From: Macrostomum lignano
Taxonomy: Eukaryota
Length of the DNA: 64,000 bases
Direction of reading: 5' to 3'
Assembly (NCBI GenBank): GCA_002269645.1
Contig: NIVC01001654.1
Coordinates: forward strand, 1-64,000
Part shown: positions 13,463 to 32,560 of the stretch, piece after piece
Numbering within the stretch: the stretch's first letter is position 1
Layout of the letters: every line of letters starts with the position of its first letter
The notes under the pieces: generated by a model
Database searches by the model: none
Seen by the model: the letters and a program-made list of their open reading frames with translations, nothing else
What the model was told of the DNA's origin: nothing
Made by a program: the position numbers and the translations under genes

Positions 13463-13769
13463 TACCTGGACAAGAATCGATTAAAAAAGTCGTTGTAAAC
13501 AACTCTCTAGTGACTCTACCGTTGTCCAAAAATCGTTGTGTTAACGCCTAACTTTTGCTAGAGATGCGATTTGAATTCATCAAGCGATGCAAATGTACAA
13601 GTGTACAATAGAATGCTTCAAAGTGACTCTTGGGTGACTATTTGACGACATTTTGGCGACTTGTACCGGGATATCTCGTCGTTTAGAGCTGTTTAGAGTC
13701 ACTTATTTCCTATTTACGCTCGTACCTGTGTCTTCTGAAACGACTTTTGGATGCTTCTTTGCCTGGGTA
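13463..13769. mobile_element. Probable ~300-bp MITE with imperfect TIRs, flanked by TA
   Basis: Left TA|CCTGGACAAGAATCGATTAAAAAAGTCGTT versus reverse complement of the right end CCCAGGCAAAGAAGCATCCAAAAGTCGTT|TA. An extra internal inverted pair AGTGACTCTA/TAGAGTCACT lies at ~13510 and ~13695. Confidence 0.5.
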
Positions 13770-14797
13770 CCGTTTTTATCGGGAGAGTTACCCTAAATTA
13801 CGAGTATATTAGCAATAACTGTTATATTATCGGGTTTGCTGGTTTTCCTCAAATGCATATTTGGTTTCTTACCTTGTCATGATCAGCGAACAAATTTTGG
13901 CCCAAATGATTAGTTATACATGTAAACTGACCGAGTCACTGTGCCACTGTCACAGCCAGTGCCCTAAGTGCCTGTTGCCGTATTAGTAACATGAGCCCCA
14001 CCTCCCTCCACTTTCTCACGGCTGATTGCATATCCTAGACAGGAATTTCAGTTCAATTGCGCATTCTCAGCTTTCAGTAATTAAAATTTAAGGTTCGTCG
14101 CTTTTTATCAATAAATAGAAAATCGCAGCGGCCTCCGTTTGGTGCAGTTTTGTTTTGGATTGATCAAACCAGCTTGTATATGAGCTCTTCTTGTTTAGCA
14201 GAACGTGCTGTTCAAGCTACTTTCAGTAGGCATGCCTTGTTGAAAATACATGCTATTAAATACCTACCAAATCTCTGCAGACTTAGACATTTCTACTAAA
14301 CTGTTTCCAGGGCCCTACAATAAGAGAGCTACAGTACACCTGATGAGAATTCTAAAAGGAGAGCTTTCTGGGCTTTTAGCTGCCCACCAATTTCTTCCAT
14401 TGCTTAGGTGGCACCATACCTGTACCTATACTGCAGGTGCACGCTCTGGAAACGTGCCAATTGCAGAGCACAAAGGGCCCTGCACACTGCTCTCGCGAAC
14501 GACCTCTGAGATAGTCGCGCGCGGCTATCTACTAAGCTGTAGAATCAGCCTCTGCACTGTCATAATAGAGCAATAAGCTGAGAATAGCTAGGGCAGAATG
14601 CTCCGCTGTCGTAAAAAGATTCTGTTGCTTAATTATAGCCACGATCGTATTTTAAAGTATTCGAGCCATTTTTTAATGAAATGGCCTCATCTGGATGAGA
14701 AAGCTAGCTGGCTTCATCTTAAATGTGTAGTGTCATACTTGCAATTCAGTTTTACGTAATTAGAAGCGCCCAGCTTCATTGCAATAATGTACTCAGA

Positions 14798-15140
14798 TTA
14801 ATCAAATACAGACACTCAGCTTCATCAAATACACTCAGCTTCATCAAATACACTCAGCTTCATCAAATACAGACACTCAGCTTCATCAAACACAGACACT
14901 CAGCTTCATCAAATACAGACACTCAGCTTCATCAAACACAGACACTCAGCTTCATCAAATACAGAAACCCAGCTTCATCAAATACAGACACTCAGCTTCA
15001 TCAAACACAGACACTCAGCTTCATCAAATACAGACACTCAGCTTCATCAAACACAGACACTCAGCTTCATCAAATACAGACACTCAGCTTCATCAAACAC
15101 AGACACTCAGCTTCATCAAATATAGACACTCAGCCTCATC
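14798..15140. repeat. 23-bp minisatellite CACTCAGCTTCATCAAATACAGA
   Basis: Tandem units between the two ELOVL genes. Confidence 0.92.
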
Positions 15141-15765
15141 AATTACACTTTACAGGCGCCAAATCAATGAATTTAACTCAGTTTTATTACCAATGTTACC
15201 TGCACCATTCTTCCCGACTCAAATGGAATTTAACTCCGTCTCAATATTGATTGAAACAGGAACTAAGCTTATAAAATAAACAAAAACATTCCAATATTGA
15301 ACTAATATACATGATACATTGTGCAGACTTTTCGCTATCTTTAAAATTTCATTCAAAAATCTTACGATGGGCTGATAAGAGTCAAAAGTACACCATGACA
15401 ACCAGTTAATTAAGCTGTGAACTCTAGCCTACCGTTTAGGGCAGACTATTAGGGTCATTGCGGTCGCACAATAAGCTCGGCCCTCTGTCCAAACCTCAGT
15501 GCTGTACTGTATGCCCCGGCCATAACTCATTCCATTTTTGTTCATTAATTGTACCAATGCCCAATGCTCTGCATGGCTCACCCCACATCACCCCCACCTC
15601 ACCCCACCGTGAGCTTGTCTGTACGGGTGAGCTGGGCAGTGCTCAGCCTATGCTCATAACTATATATACTATAGCATCTGCGGACTCTCTACCGTCTCTT
15701 GTCCTCAGCTCATACTGATTCGCTCTGGCAGATTAGGATTAGGACTTTGAGAACTGCTCGTCGCT

Positions 15766-17961
15766 ATGGAGTCGATGTACCGCAGCTTGAAGGACTGGCA
15801 CGACCAGGCCATGTCCCTCGGAGACCCCCGGCTCGACGGCTGGCTCCTGATGGACTCTCCCGTGCCGCCTGCGCTGCTGTCGATTCTCTACGTCGTGCTG
15901 GTGCTCGCCGGTATGCGCTGGATGAAGGGTCGGACTCCCTTTGACATCCGACCGCTCATGGTGGTGTACAACCTGTCCATGGTGGTGTTCTCCGCTTGGC
16001 TGGTGTACGAGTTCTGCGTGTCCGGATGGCTGACCGGCTACAGTCTGGGCTGTCAGCCTGTTGACTTCAGCCGGTCGCCGAAAGCAATCCGCATGGCCAA
16101 GGCGTGCTGGTGGTTCTTCTTCAGCAAGTACATCGAGATGTTAGACACGTTCTTCTTTGTACTTCGAGGCCGATTCGAACTTGTGACGTTTCTGCACGTT
16201 TTTCACCACGCGGTCGTTCCGCCTTCGGCCTGGTGGGGAGTCAAGTTCGTTCCAGGTGAGATGGAGGAGATATTATAGTCTATTTTAGTGGCCAAACATG
16301 GCAGACATGCAGTTGTTAATCCTACCGAATGGCGTTCTCGATTTTCCGTCGCAACGGATGAAACGTCCTCCAACGAGGACTTTGATCATTTACATTTTGC
16401 ACGGTTTTTACGGTTTACAAATTTACCCTTGAGAGTTAGCAGAATCTACAATGCTGCACTCTGAACTTTGGAACCAATGCAGAAAAAGTTCGAGGCACAC
16501 TGTGCATGCATACTTAGCGTACAATATTAAGAAGGGCGTTGAACGCTCTGTCTCCATGCTCAGTGGACCGTCCATTTTTTATTATTTTTTATTAGAGGCA
16601 GGGGGTTGCGTGCACCCTGGCGCACTTTAAGCGACATAGGCACACAACCGGCGAGAGGCATTACTGCCCATTCCGCCGACTCCCCTGAGCAGGCATACAA
16701 GCGCGCGGATACGTACGCAGGCACACACTCACACAGGAGTGTACAGCGGCCCTAACTTTATTTTATCGTTAGGCATGTACACTTCCCTGCGCCTTGGGGG
16801 GTTGGCTCTCAAGGCCGTTAATTGCACGAGCAGAGCCAAGCCGAGATTCCAATTCAGTCCCAAATTAATGTGACTGCACTTGGAATCGAGCCTGGGTCGC
16901 TGGCACACCAGAGCCTGCGCTACCGCTGGGCTACGGCCCAAAGGCCCAGTGGACCGTCCATACAAACGCGTACTTTAATAGGCCAGTTTTCGTGTTACTT
17001 GCATGTACTACTATGCCTTTGTTTGCTAGCTACTCGTAGATCCTGCGATGCACAATAGGTTTTGGGAATTAAATGTAGATTTGCAGTAATATTTTGGAGC
17101 TTTTGCTCCAGAAACGCCTTAATTAAAGTAAATAACTAACACATAAGCTACACTACAGATATCACAGATATCCAAACGAATTTTGTGTTTATTTTCAGGT
17201 GGTTTCAGCACCTTCGCTACTATGCTCAATTCAGTGGTGCATGTTGTGATGTACCTTTACTATGGCTTGGCTGCCATGGGCCCCAGCGTGCAGCCCTACC
17301 TGTGGTGGAAGCGGTACCTCACCAAATTCCAGATGGTGCAATTCGTCACCATAGTTGTTCACGGAATGCAGCTGTACTTTATCGAATGCGATTATCCTAA
17401 GGCTTTTGCCAACGCTATCATGACTTTGGCGTGTATCTTCTTTGTGCTGTTTGCCAACTTCTATATTCAGGTGCGACCATCGTAATAGATATTTAGCTTT
17501 AACACCAGGGGCTTTAGCACCAGGGCTTTAGCACCAGGGGCGCCAGCACCAGGGGCGCCAGCACCAGGGGCGCCAGCACCAGGGGCGCCAGCACCAGGGG
17601 CGCCAGCACCAGGGGCGCCAGCACCAGGGGCGCCAGCACCAGGGGCGCCAGCACCAGGGGCGCCAGCACCAGGGGCGTCAGCACCAGGGGCGCCAGCACC
17701 AGGGGCGCCAGCACCAGGGGCGCCAGCACTAGGGTCGATATTTTATTTACCTTTGACCGTCAGAATTAGACAAATAAAAAGTTACAAAAACCCCAAACCA
17801 CACTGCAGGCCTATCTCAAGCGCTCTGGCGGCAGGCGCTCAGTCCAGAAGAAGCAGTCTGCTCATCAAACGGTGCTGGTTGCCAATGGTCACAGTAATGG
17901 AAGAAATGGAGCCGTTCATAACGGACATCACGAGGCAGCGCATGGTCGAAAAACCGATTAA
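15766..17961 (+). CDS. ELOVL: Very-long-chain fatty acid elongase, ELOVL1/7-like, copy b (304 aa; exons 15766-16255, 17199-17470, 17809-17961)
   Basis: Same motifs (KYIEMLDT, HVFHH, NSVVHVVMYLYY). Exon 1 is 490 nt and exon 2 is 272 nt, identical to copy a. GT-AG introns in frame; C-terminus HGRKTD. Confidence 0.95.
16576..16946 (-). mobile_element. Full-length tRNA-derived SINE (~370 bp) in ELOVL-b intron 1
   Basis: 15-bp TSD CAGTGGACCGTCCAT at 16561-16575 and 16947-16961. Minus-strand A box TAGCCCAGCGG and B-box-like GGCTCGATTCC at tRNA-like spacing. A/AAT-rich tail adjoins the left TSD. Confidence 0.88.
17500..17730. repeat. 15-bp minisatellite AGCACCAGGGGCGCC (same family as 3108-3847, inverted), ELOVL-b intron 2
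   Basis: Reverse complement of the unit at 3108-3847, including both GGC and AAA variants. Confidence 0.95.
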
Positions 17962-18220
17962 AAATGGCCTACTAAAACGCTTTCGTTACATCAATTCATG
18001 TTTTATTGACACATTTAGCAGTACTTGTAAAATTAAAAACGATAAAAAACTTACAATTATAAATTAGCCTTTCCTTTATTAATTTTTTCTTCAAAAAACC
18101 AAAGCATAAAACTATATGCTTAAATGTTTACGACTGAAGCAGTGACTCACAGAAACTACATGTAATTACCTTCGATTCCTCGAAAATGTTTGAAGGCGGA
18201 TTCTATGCGAACAAATCTGC

Positions 18221-18575
18221 ACTCGGTCTCAGGTGTCAGCACTCGGTCTCAGGTGTCAGCACTCGGTCTCAGGTGTCAGCACTCGGTCTCAGGTGTCAGC
18301 ACTCGGTCTCAGGTGTCAGCACTCGGTCTCAGGTGTCAGCACTCGGTCTCAGGTGTCAGCACTCGGTCTCAGGTGTCAGCACTCGGTCTCAGGTGTCAGC
18401 ACTCGGTCTCAGGTGTCAGCACTCGGTCTCAGGTGTCAGCACTCGGTCTCAGGTGTCAGCACTCGGTCTCAGGTGTCAGCACTCGGTCTCAGGTGTCACG
18501 GTCTCAGGTGTCAGCACTCGGTCTCAGGTGTCAGCACTCGGTCTCAGGTGTCAGCACTCGGTCTCAGGTGTCAGC
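18221..18575. repeat. 20-bp minisatellite CACTCGGTCTCAGGTGTCAG abutting the IAP stop codon
   Basis: Nearly perfect tandem units; one internal partial unit at ~18495. Confidence 0.95.
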
Positions 18576-19427
18576 AAACAAAGGCTGTCAGCGAGGCGAG
18601 GACGGCGCGGCCGCAGAGGACGCAGGTGGTTGTGGAGGCGTTGCAGGCTGCGCAGAGCACAAAATGAGCGCACGGCAGGGAGACCCGGCTCCGCGCTCGC
18701 TGGCGGCAGCGAAGGCACCGGTCGTCCTGCGGCTCGGCGCCCAGGTGCAGCGGCTGCTGCGGGGGCGGGGGCGGAGCGGCGGCGGTCGCGGGCGGCTTGG
18801 CGGGCGTCCCGGAGGCAGCAGCCGCGGGTTGGCTGCCGCCGCCGCGGAGGCCGCAGAGGCCACGCAGCAGCGACTCGACAGGCAGGTCGAAGACGCGGGC
18901 CGCGGCGCCGCCCAGCCGGGCCTCCAGCTCGTGAGCGGCCAGGATGAGGTCGCCCGGCCTCGCCAGGTCGCCGCAGCCGCCGTCTCCGCCGAGGTGCCGC
19001 CGCGCCACCGCCAGCACCAGCGCCGGCCTGGCGATGCCGAAGGCCTCCGCCCGCGCCACCGGCGCCGCCTCCACGCGGCCCAGCAGCCGCTCCGCCGCTC
19101 GGCCCAGCTCCGACGCGTCCCTGGCAACCAGCTCGGCGTCCCTGGCAACCAGCGGCTCGCCGCTCCGGCGACAGCACAGGAGGCGCAGCAGGCGAGCAAG
19201 CTGGCAGTCGGGGCTGGCGGCTGCGTGGGCGGCTAGCGGGGAGTCACGTGACCCGGGGTCGGCGCTCGGCAGTCGGCAATCGCAGAGAAAGCAGCGCAGG
19301 TCGCCCGAGGCGGCATCGAGGAAGAGGCCCGCCGCTGCCGCCGCCTCCGACGCCCCCGACTGGCAGCGCAGCGAGTGGGGCGCGAACTCGGGACGTTTCG
19401 ATGCGACCACCGCATGCAGGAGGCTGC
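18571..19427 (-). CDS. Inhibitor-of-apoptosis (IAP/BIRC-like) protein: degenerate BIR + UBA-like + C-terminal RING; large 3' exon, 5' exon(s) unresolved
   Basis: BIR-like AAGLF...RCFLC-x18-H-x6-C; UBA-like AFGIARPALVLAVARRH...DLILAAHEL; RING C-x2-C-x11-C-x-H-x3-C-x2-C-x6-C-x2-C at the C-terminus. The ORF has no ATG. A polypyrimidine tract plus cag acceptor at 19430-19428 implies a phase-1 upstream exon. Confidence 0.85.
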
Positions 19428-20324
19428 CTGTGTGTGAAGAAGAAGAATAAAAAAAGATGATATTTGAAAATGAGTCTGCTATTCACGCGCAGTTATTTTT
19501 CGTGCGAAATCGGAGTTCTTCGATGGCGTTTCGTGTTGCTAAATGCATGCTAATCTTTCAAGAATTGCTTACACCGCGATCGAATGAATCACAAAATCAC
19601 ACAACACACACGACTGATGCACAAAGTGACGAATATGCTAAACAGAAACCAGGAGCAGTCAACCTGTCGGATTACTGAAATGGTGTGGCTCGTGGGGGGG
19701 GGGTTGCTGAGGTGCTGGGGGCGCTGTGAACGCCAAGGAGCCTTCCTCAGAACCGTGGACCTTATGAGAGACCTGGTATGTTGCTTTTCTATTTTATCTC
19801 CTTTTTGTCATTCGAGCACAGTAAGTATACCTGAGCAGAAGACATGCCACTGTTTTCGCTCTTCAGTAACGTCGCTCAGCTCCCGGTCAGACAGAAGTAC
19901 AGTGTCGCCAAGTACAATGGAATCCGTTTTTAATATTTTAATATGGACACTGTTGTGCCTAAGCCAGCGGCTTGTGGAGCACTGTGGGGGGTCCTTGGGG
20001 TTTTTAGTCATTAAGACTAAACACAGGCTATAAATACTCATAAAGCAACCACCTTTGGCCCGGCCTTTCTAACTGGTTAGAAACTGGTTGGTTTGTATCA
20101 AAACAGGTCTTCTTGATCTTTCAGTCAAGTGACATTCACTTGAACAGCAATTACTTATAGCCAGTAGAAAGTTTCAACAGCAAAATAGATGAAAAAGATA
20201 GGAGGTTTTCAGCATTTTAGTCCTAAATCAACAACAATAATTGCCTTTATGAGTAATTGTAAATGAAGCCAATATATGTGTATTTTTCTTAACCGTTACC
20301 CTTCAGACAATAGGTTTCTTTTAC

Positions 20325-21441
20325 AAATTTGTGTCTCAGGTAGATACTTTGTGTCCTTCGTAGACAGTCTGTCTTTGGTAGACACATTTGTGTCTCAGGT
20401 AGACACTTTTTGTCTCTGTTAGAGACTTTGTGTCTCAGGTAGAGACTTTGTGTCTCAGGTAGAGACTTTGTGTCTCTGGTAGACACATTTGTGTCTCTGG
20501 TAGAGACTTTGTGTCTCTGGTAGAGACTTTCTGTCTCTGGTAGAGACTTTCTGTCTCTGGTAGACACTTTGTGTCTCTGGTAGAGACTTTGTGTCTCTGG
20601 TAGACACTTTGTGTCTCTGGTAGACACTTTGTGTCTCTGGTAGAGACTTTGTGTCTCTGGTAGACACTTTGTGTCTCTGGTAGAGACTTTGTGTCTCTGG
20701 TAGAGACTTTGTGTCTCTGGTAGATACTTTGTGTCTCTGGTAGACACATTTGTGTCTCAGGTAGACACTTTTTGTCTCTGGTAGACACTTTGTGTCTCTG
20801 GTAGAGACTTTGTGTCTCTGATAGACACTTTGGGTCTATGGTAGACTCTTTGTCTCTGTCTCTGTGTCTCTGGCAGACACTTTTGTGTCTCTGGTGTCTC
20901 TGTGTCTCTAGTAGAGGCTTTTGTGTCTCTGGAAGAGGCTTTGTGTCTCAGGTAGAGACTTTGTGTCTCTGGTAGAGACTTTGTGTCTCTCGTAGACAGT
21001 CTGTCTTTGGTAGACACATTTGTGTCTTTGGTAGACACATTTTTGTCTCTGGTAGAGACTTTGTGTCTTTTGTAGAGACTTTTTGTATCTGGTAGAGACT
21101 TTGTGTCTTTGATAGAGACTTTGTGTCTCTGGTAGATACTTTGTATCTCTGGTAGAGACTTTGTGTCTCTGGTAGAGACTTTGTGTCTCTGGTAGACACT
21201 TTGTGTCTCTGGTAGACACTTTGTGTCTCTGGTAGACAATTTGTGTCTCTGGTAGAGACTTTGCGTCTTTGGTAGAGATTTTGTGTCACCGGTAGACATT
21301 TTGTCTCTGATAGACACTTTGTGTCTATGGTAGACACTGTGTGTCTCTGGCAGACACTTTTGTGTCTCTGGTGTCTCTGTGTCTCTGGAAGAGACTTTGT
21401 GTCTCTGGTAGAGACTTTGTTTCTCTGGTAGAGACTTTGTG
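20325..21441. repeat. 20-bp minisatellite TTTGTGTCTCTGGTAGAGAC
   Basis: Degenerate tandem units with an internal larger duplication (~20860-20960 versus ~21340-21420). Confidence 0.93.
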
Positions 21442-21807
21442 TCCATGGTTTGAAAATGGTGTCCATTGTGTCTATAGTGGAAATGAATCTCGAAGAAGCC
21501 TCACATCTGAACCTCCAGGGAAATTCAAACGATTCGGCGGTATAGTGTTCTCCTACATGTACTTTAGTTGTCCATCCTGTCACTCACCGTTTGGTTAATC
21601 TGGTTTAGTAAAGTTGGCTGGCTCTTGCAGCGCCTTTCAAATACAATCGAATCACTATTTTTCAATTAAATTTTTCAAGACCATGATGAATTTGATATGT
21701 GTGCTTGCGTTCAACAAAACACCCCCCTTCCCTCTGCAATTTAGTATGCAAATTTGTTTAACAATTATAAGATAAGTTGTGACAGATTTCTGTTAGTACT
21801 ACCTGAT

Positions 21808-22275
21808 TAACCCGCACCCCATTCTGCTCAGTTATCGATTTTCTACTCGTACCCAACCTCCATTAACATCCACCCCACTCCGCTCAGTTATCGATTTTCT
21901 ACTCGTTCCCAACCTCCATTAACACCTACCCCATTCCGCTCAGTTATCGATTTTCTACTTGTTCCCAACCTCCATTAACACCCACCCCACTCCGCTCAGT
22001 TATCGATTTTCTACTCGTTCCCAACCTCCATTAACACCCACCCCACTCCGCTCAGTTATCGATTTTCTACTCGTACCCAACCTCTATTAACATCCACCCC
22101 ACTCCGCTCAGTTATCGATTTTCTACTCGTACCCAACCTCCATTAACACCCACCCCACTCCGCTCAGTTATCGATTTTCTACTCGTACCCAACCTCTATT
22201 AACATCCACCCCACTCCGCTCAGTTATCGATTTTCTACTCGTACCCAACTTTCATTAACACCCACCCCACTCCGT
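21808..22275. repeat. 56-bp tandem repeat CCAACCTCCATTAACACCCACCCCACTCCGCTCAGTTATCGATTTTCTACTCGTAC
   Basis: About 8 units, no spacers. Confidence 0.93.
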
Positions 22276-22389
22276 GAAGTTATTGATTCAATATTTGTAC
22301 TCGTAAGCACTCTTCATTTGCATATATCTTTTTTATTATTAATTAATGATATTATAAATTTACAATTGATTGAATCATATTATTAGGCG

Positions 22390-28685
<6,296 letters not shown>

Positions 28686-29093
28686 ACTTTGCTATGACTA
28701 AATTTTACATGTAGTGTGTAGTGTTAGTCTTCCAAAAACTGTCACATAAGAGCTATTGTTTAACCAAAATACCTCAATGGAGTGTTCAGTAGCCGCTCGA
28801 ATGTCTATGGCTAAGAGTGCGCTCTGCATTTAATTTCTTTTGATGATTTTGCAAAGCACTTCAGAATCCTAAGCACTTTAATGTATTATGATGTATGATG
28901 ATTTCTGGCTAAATTATAGGGTGGTCTATGGGATTCATAGTTAAAGCAAAACAGTAGCTGAAAAGATATATATTAAAGTACAAAGTTAAATTTGTCATAA
29001 AATGTAAACAAGATGTGGCTGCTAAAAATATCGAGACATTAAATTTTAGTTACGGGCTGGGCGGCACTTCTCTGACTTCAACTGATTAAGATA

Positions 29094-30758
<1,665 letters not shown>

Positions 30759-31009
30759 CCAAACCGCTATATGCGTATTCAGCAGAATCTGAGTTATCCA
30801 GAAACCGAAGGAAGTTTCCAACTAGCGGGACCAGATTGCATATGCAGGTGGAATAACAGAACATAAATTACATGTACATTTACTCGGATAATATTTTTGT
30901 CTCTCGAGTTTATTGTGGACAGTAATAGCAGTAGTAACAGCTGAAAGCACAGCCTTTGGTGTCATTTTAAAGCGGCACATGTCAATTCTTTCCAATGAAT
31001 TCAGTCACG

Positions 31010-31330
31010 TGTGTTTTGGTCTGATCATTCAAAAGTTATCTGTGAAAATCAATCGCAATCAGAACTTTTCCAGTGTCAGGTGTCAAATCAAAAAGGTAAA
31101 AAAAGAAATCAGTATAGTCCATAATTTGGAAAAGCTTAATTGGTTTGCTGTCCCATGCAGCTTTTGCACTCCAGGTGGGTCCTGCTGAATAGCAGATTTC
31201 TTCAACCAATGCTCCCTAACTCTGGTGTGGAGGTGTCTTTTGGTTTTTCCCACGTATGAGACAAAAGGTTGTTGTCCTGCGATTCAAACCCATGAGGACG
31301 AGTGTACATACCAGACGGTTTTGCATCCAT
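31010..31330 (-). mobile_element. Degenerate Penelope-like element fragment (GIY-YIG endonuclease)
   Basis: Minus strand 31259-31209 reads SYVGKTKRHLHTRVREH, followed by SAIQ. After a frameshift HLECKSC appears, and LNDQ further on. This matches the PLE pattern YVGxTxRxLxxRxxEH...SA...H..C..C...LNxQ. Confidence 0.8.
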
Positions 31331-32560
31331 TTTTTGTTATCAGTATCCCTTTTTTGTATTCCGCAGCCAGTGGCCTAAGCCGCGGTTTTGTTATTGATGT
31401 TTTTCCATCGCCCTGCGCTGTGATTGGCTGCGGCTAGCCCAGCCGTGTTAGCGATTGGCTGGGCCTGGTGGCGGTTTCGGTGCTGCCTTACCCCCCGGGC
31501 GGGGTGGTTGGCTGGGGATTGGGTCGGTGGTGGGGGGTGGGTTGGAGAGCGTGTGGCCTCCCTCCTCGCAGGCGTTGGCTTTTTTTTAGCGGCGCTCGCT
31601 GGGCCCTTGGGTGGTGCTCTCAAATCAAGCCAAATAAATCAGCTTAAAAACGATCCACTTCACACCGGCCGGTCGGCAGTCTCTCTCGCGAACTCAGTAA
31701 GTGCGTTCCTCATTTCGGTTGCCAAGGCGGGGGGTGTAGAGTCCGTGTGTCCTGACTCCGACTCAGCTAGGTTGGAGGGGGACATCGGTACGGTACACAC
31801 GTACATATTCTTTGACCGCCAGCCAGTGCGTCCTGACGCCTCGCTGAAGGCGGCCGGCATCACTGCGTCCCGACGCCCCAGACTTTTGCAAAGCTGCTCG
31901 GACTAGCGCCCGAACGCAGGCTAGCAAGTACCCGCACTATACAAAGTACTGTACTCTGTAGAACCCACCGTACTGCTATGGCCGCGCTTCACGGCTTTGC
32001 GAGGACTTCGATTTGGTACTCTCTTTCAAAGAGTCCAGACTGCATATCGTCTACCACAGGAGGAATCACCGAATCAGGTCTGGCTTGCAACTCAGCTCAT
32101 CTGCGCGGGACGCCCTAAAGGTGCTCCCAGACGGCAGCTGCCTGCCCCTCCCGCCTGTTTCGCAACCGAGTTTGTCTATGGCAGAACCCCCGCCCCATTC
32201 AGCGCTAAACTATGAAATAAACCAAGGCAGGTTTCCGAACGTTCATTCAGTTTAGTGGCACCCTTTTTTACTGTTATTTGCAGTATTGAAAACTTTATTT
32301 CTGTTCAGAAAATAAAATTGAGTAAAGTATAATAACAATTCTAAGAAAGGTGCGTGAAAATTAGTTTTATCGCTCGTATGGTTAGACGAGATTGACAAAA
32401 ATGACACTAACAATGCTTTCAGAGCAGCAAATGTTATTTATATAGTTGCAAACAAAAAGATTTACTGCGACCTTATACTTGTGTGTACTTTGTGCAGTCT
32501 CTTACAAACCTTAGTAGACATATTATTTATGGATATACGTATTTAGTGATCGGACGCTCG

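Noticed and set aside
14510-14529. GC-rich near-palindrome GATAGTCGCGCGCGGCTATC as a Helitron 3' hairpin
   Set aside because: Spacing to a CTRR end is unconvincing and no matching 5' TC end was found.
16340-16385. Twin hairpins around GAAAC resembling a hammerhead ribozyme
   Set aside because: No CUGANGA core on either strand, and stem III does not close correctly.
16870-16940. tRNA gene call for the SINE heads (here and 63150-63218)
   Set aside because: A/B boxes are present but there is no acceptor stem or cloverleaf; a TSD and tail flank the larger unit, so these are SINEs.
19560-21640. Candidate 5' exons for the IAP gene
   Set aside because: Several donor/acceptor pairs exist, but none could be linked to a convincing ATG-initiated frame without transcript data.
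21808-22275. CRISPR-like regular array (also the 48-bp and 39-bp arrays)
   Set aside because: Head-to-tail repeats with no unique spacers, no cas genes, eukaryotic context.
31280-31315. Apparent 35-nt GT-AG intron on the minus strand
   Set aside because: Lies within the decayed Penelope ORF; chance splice-like dinucleotides.
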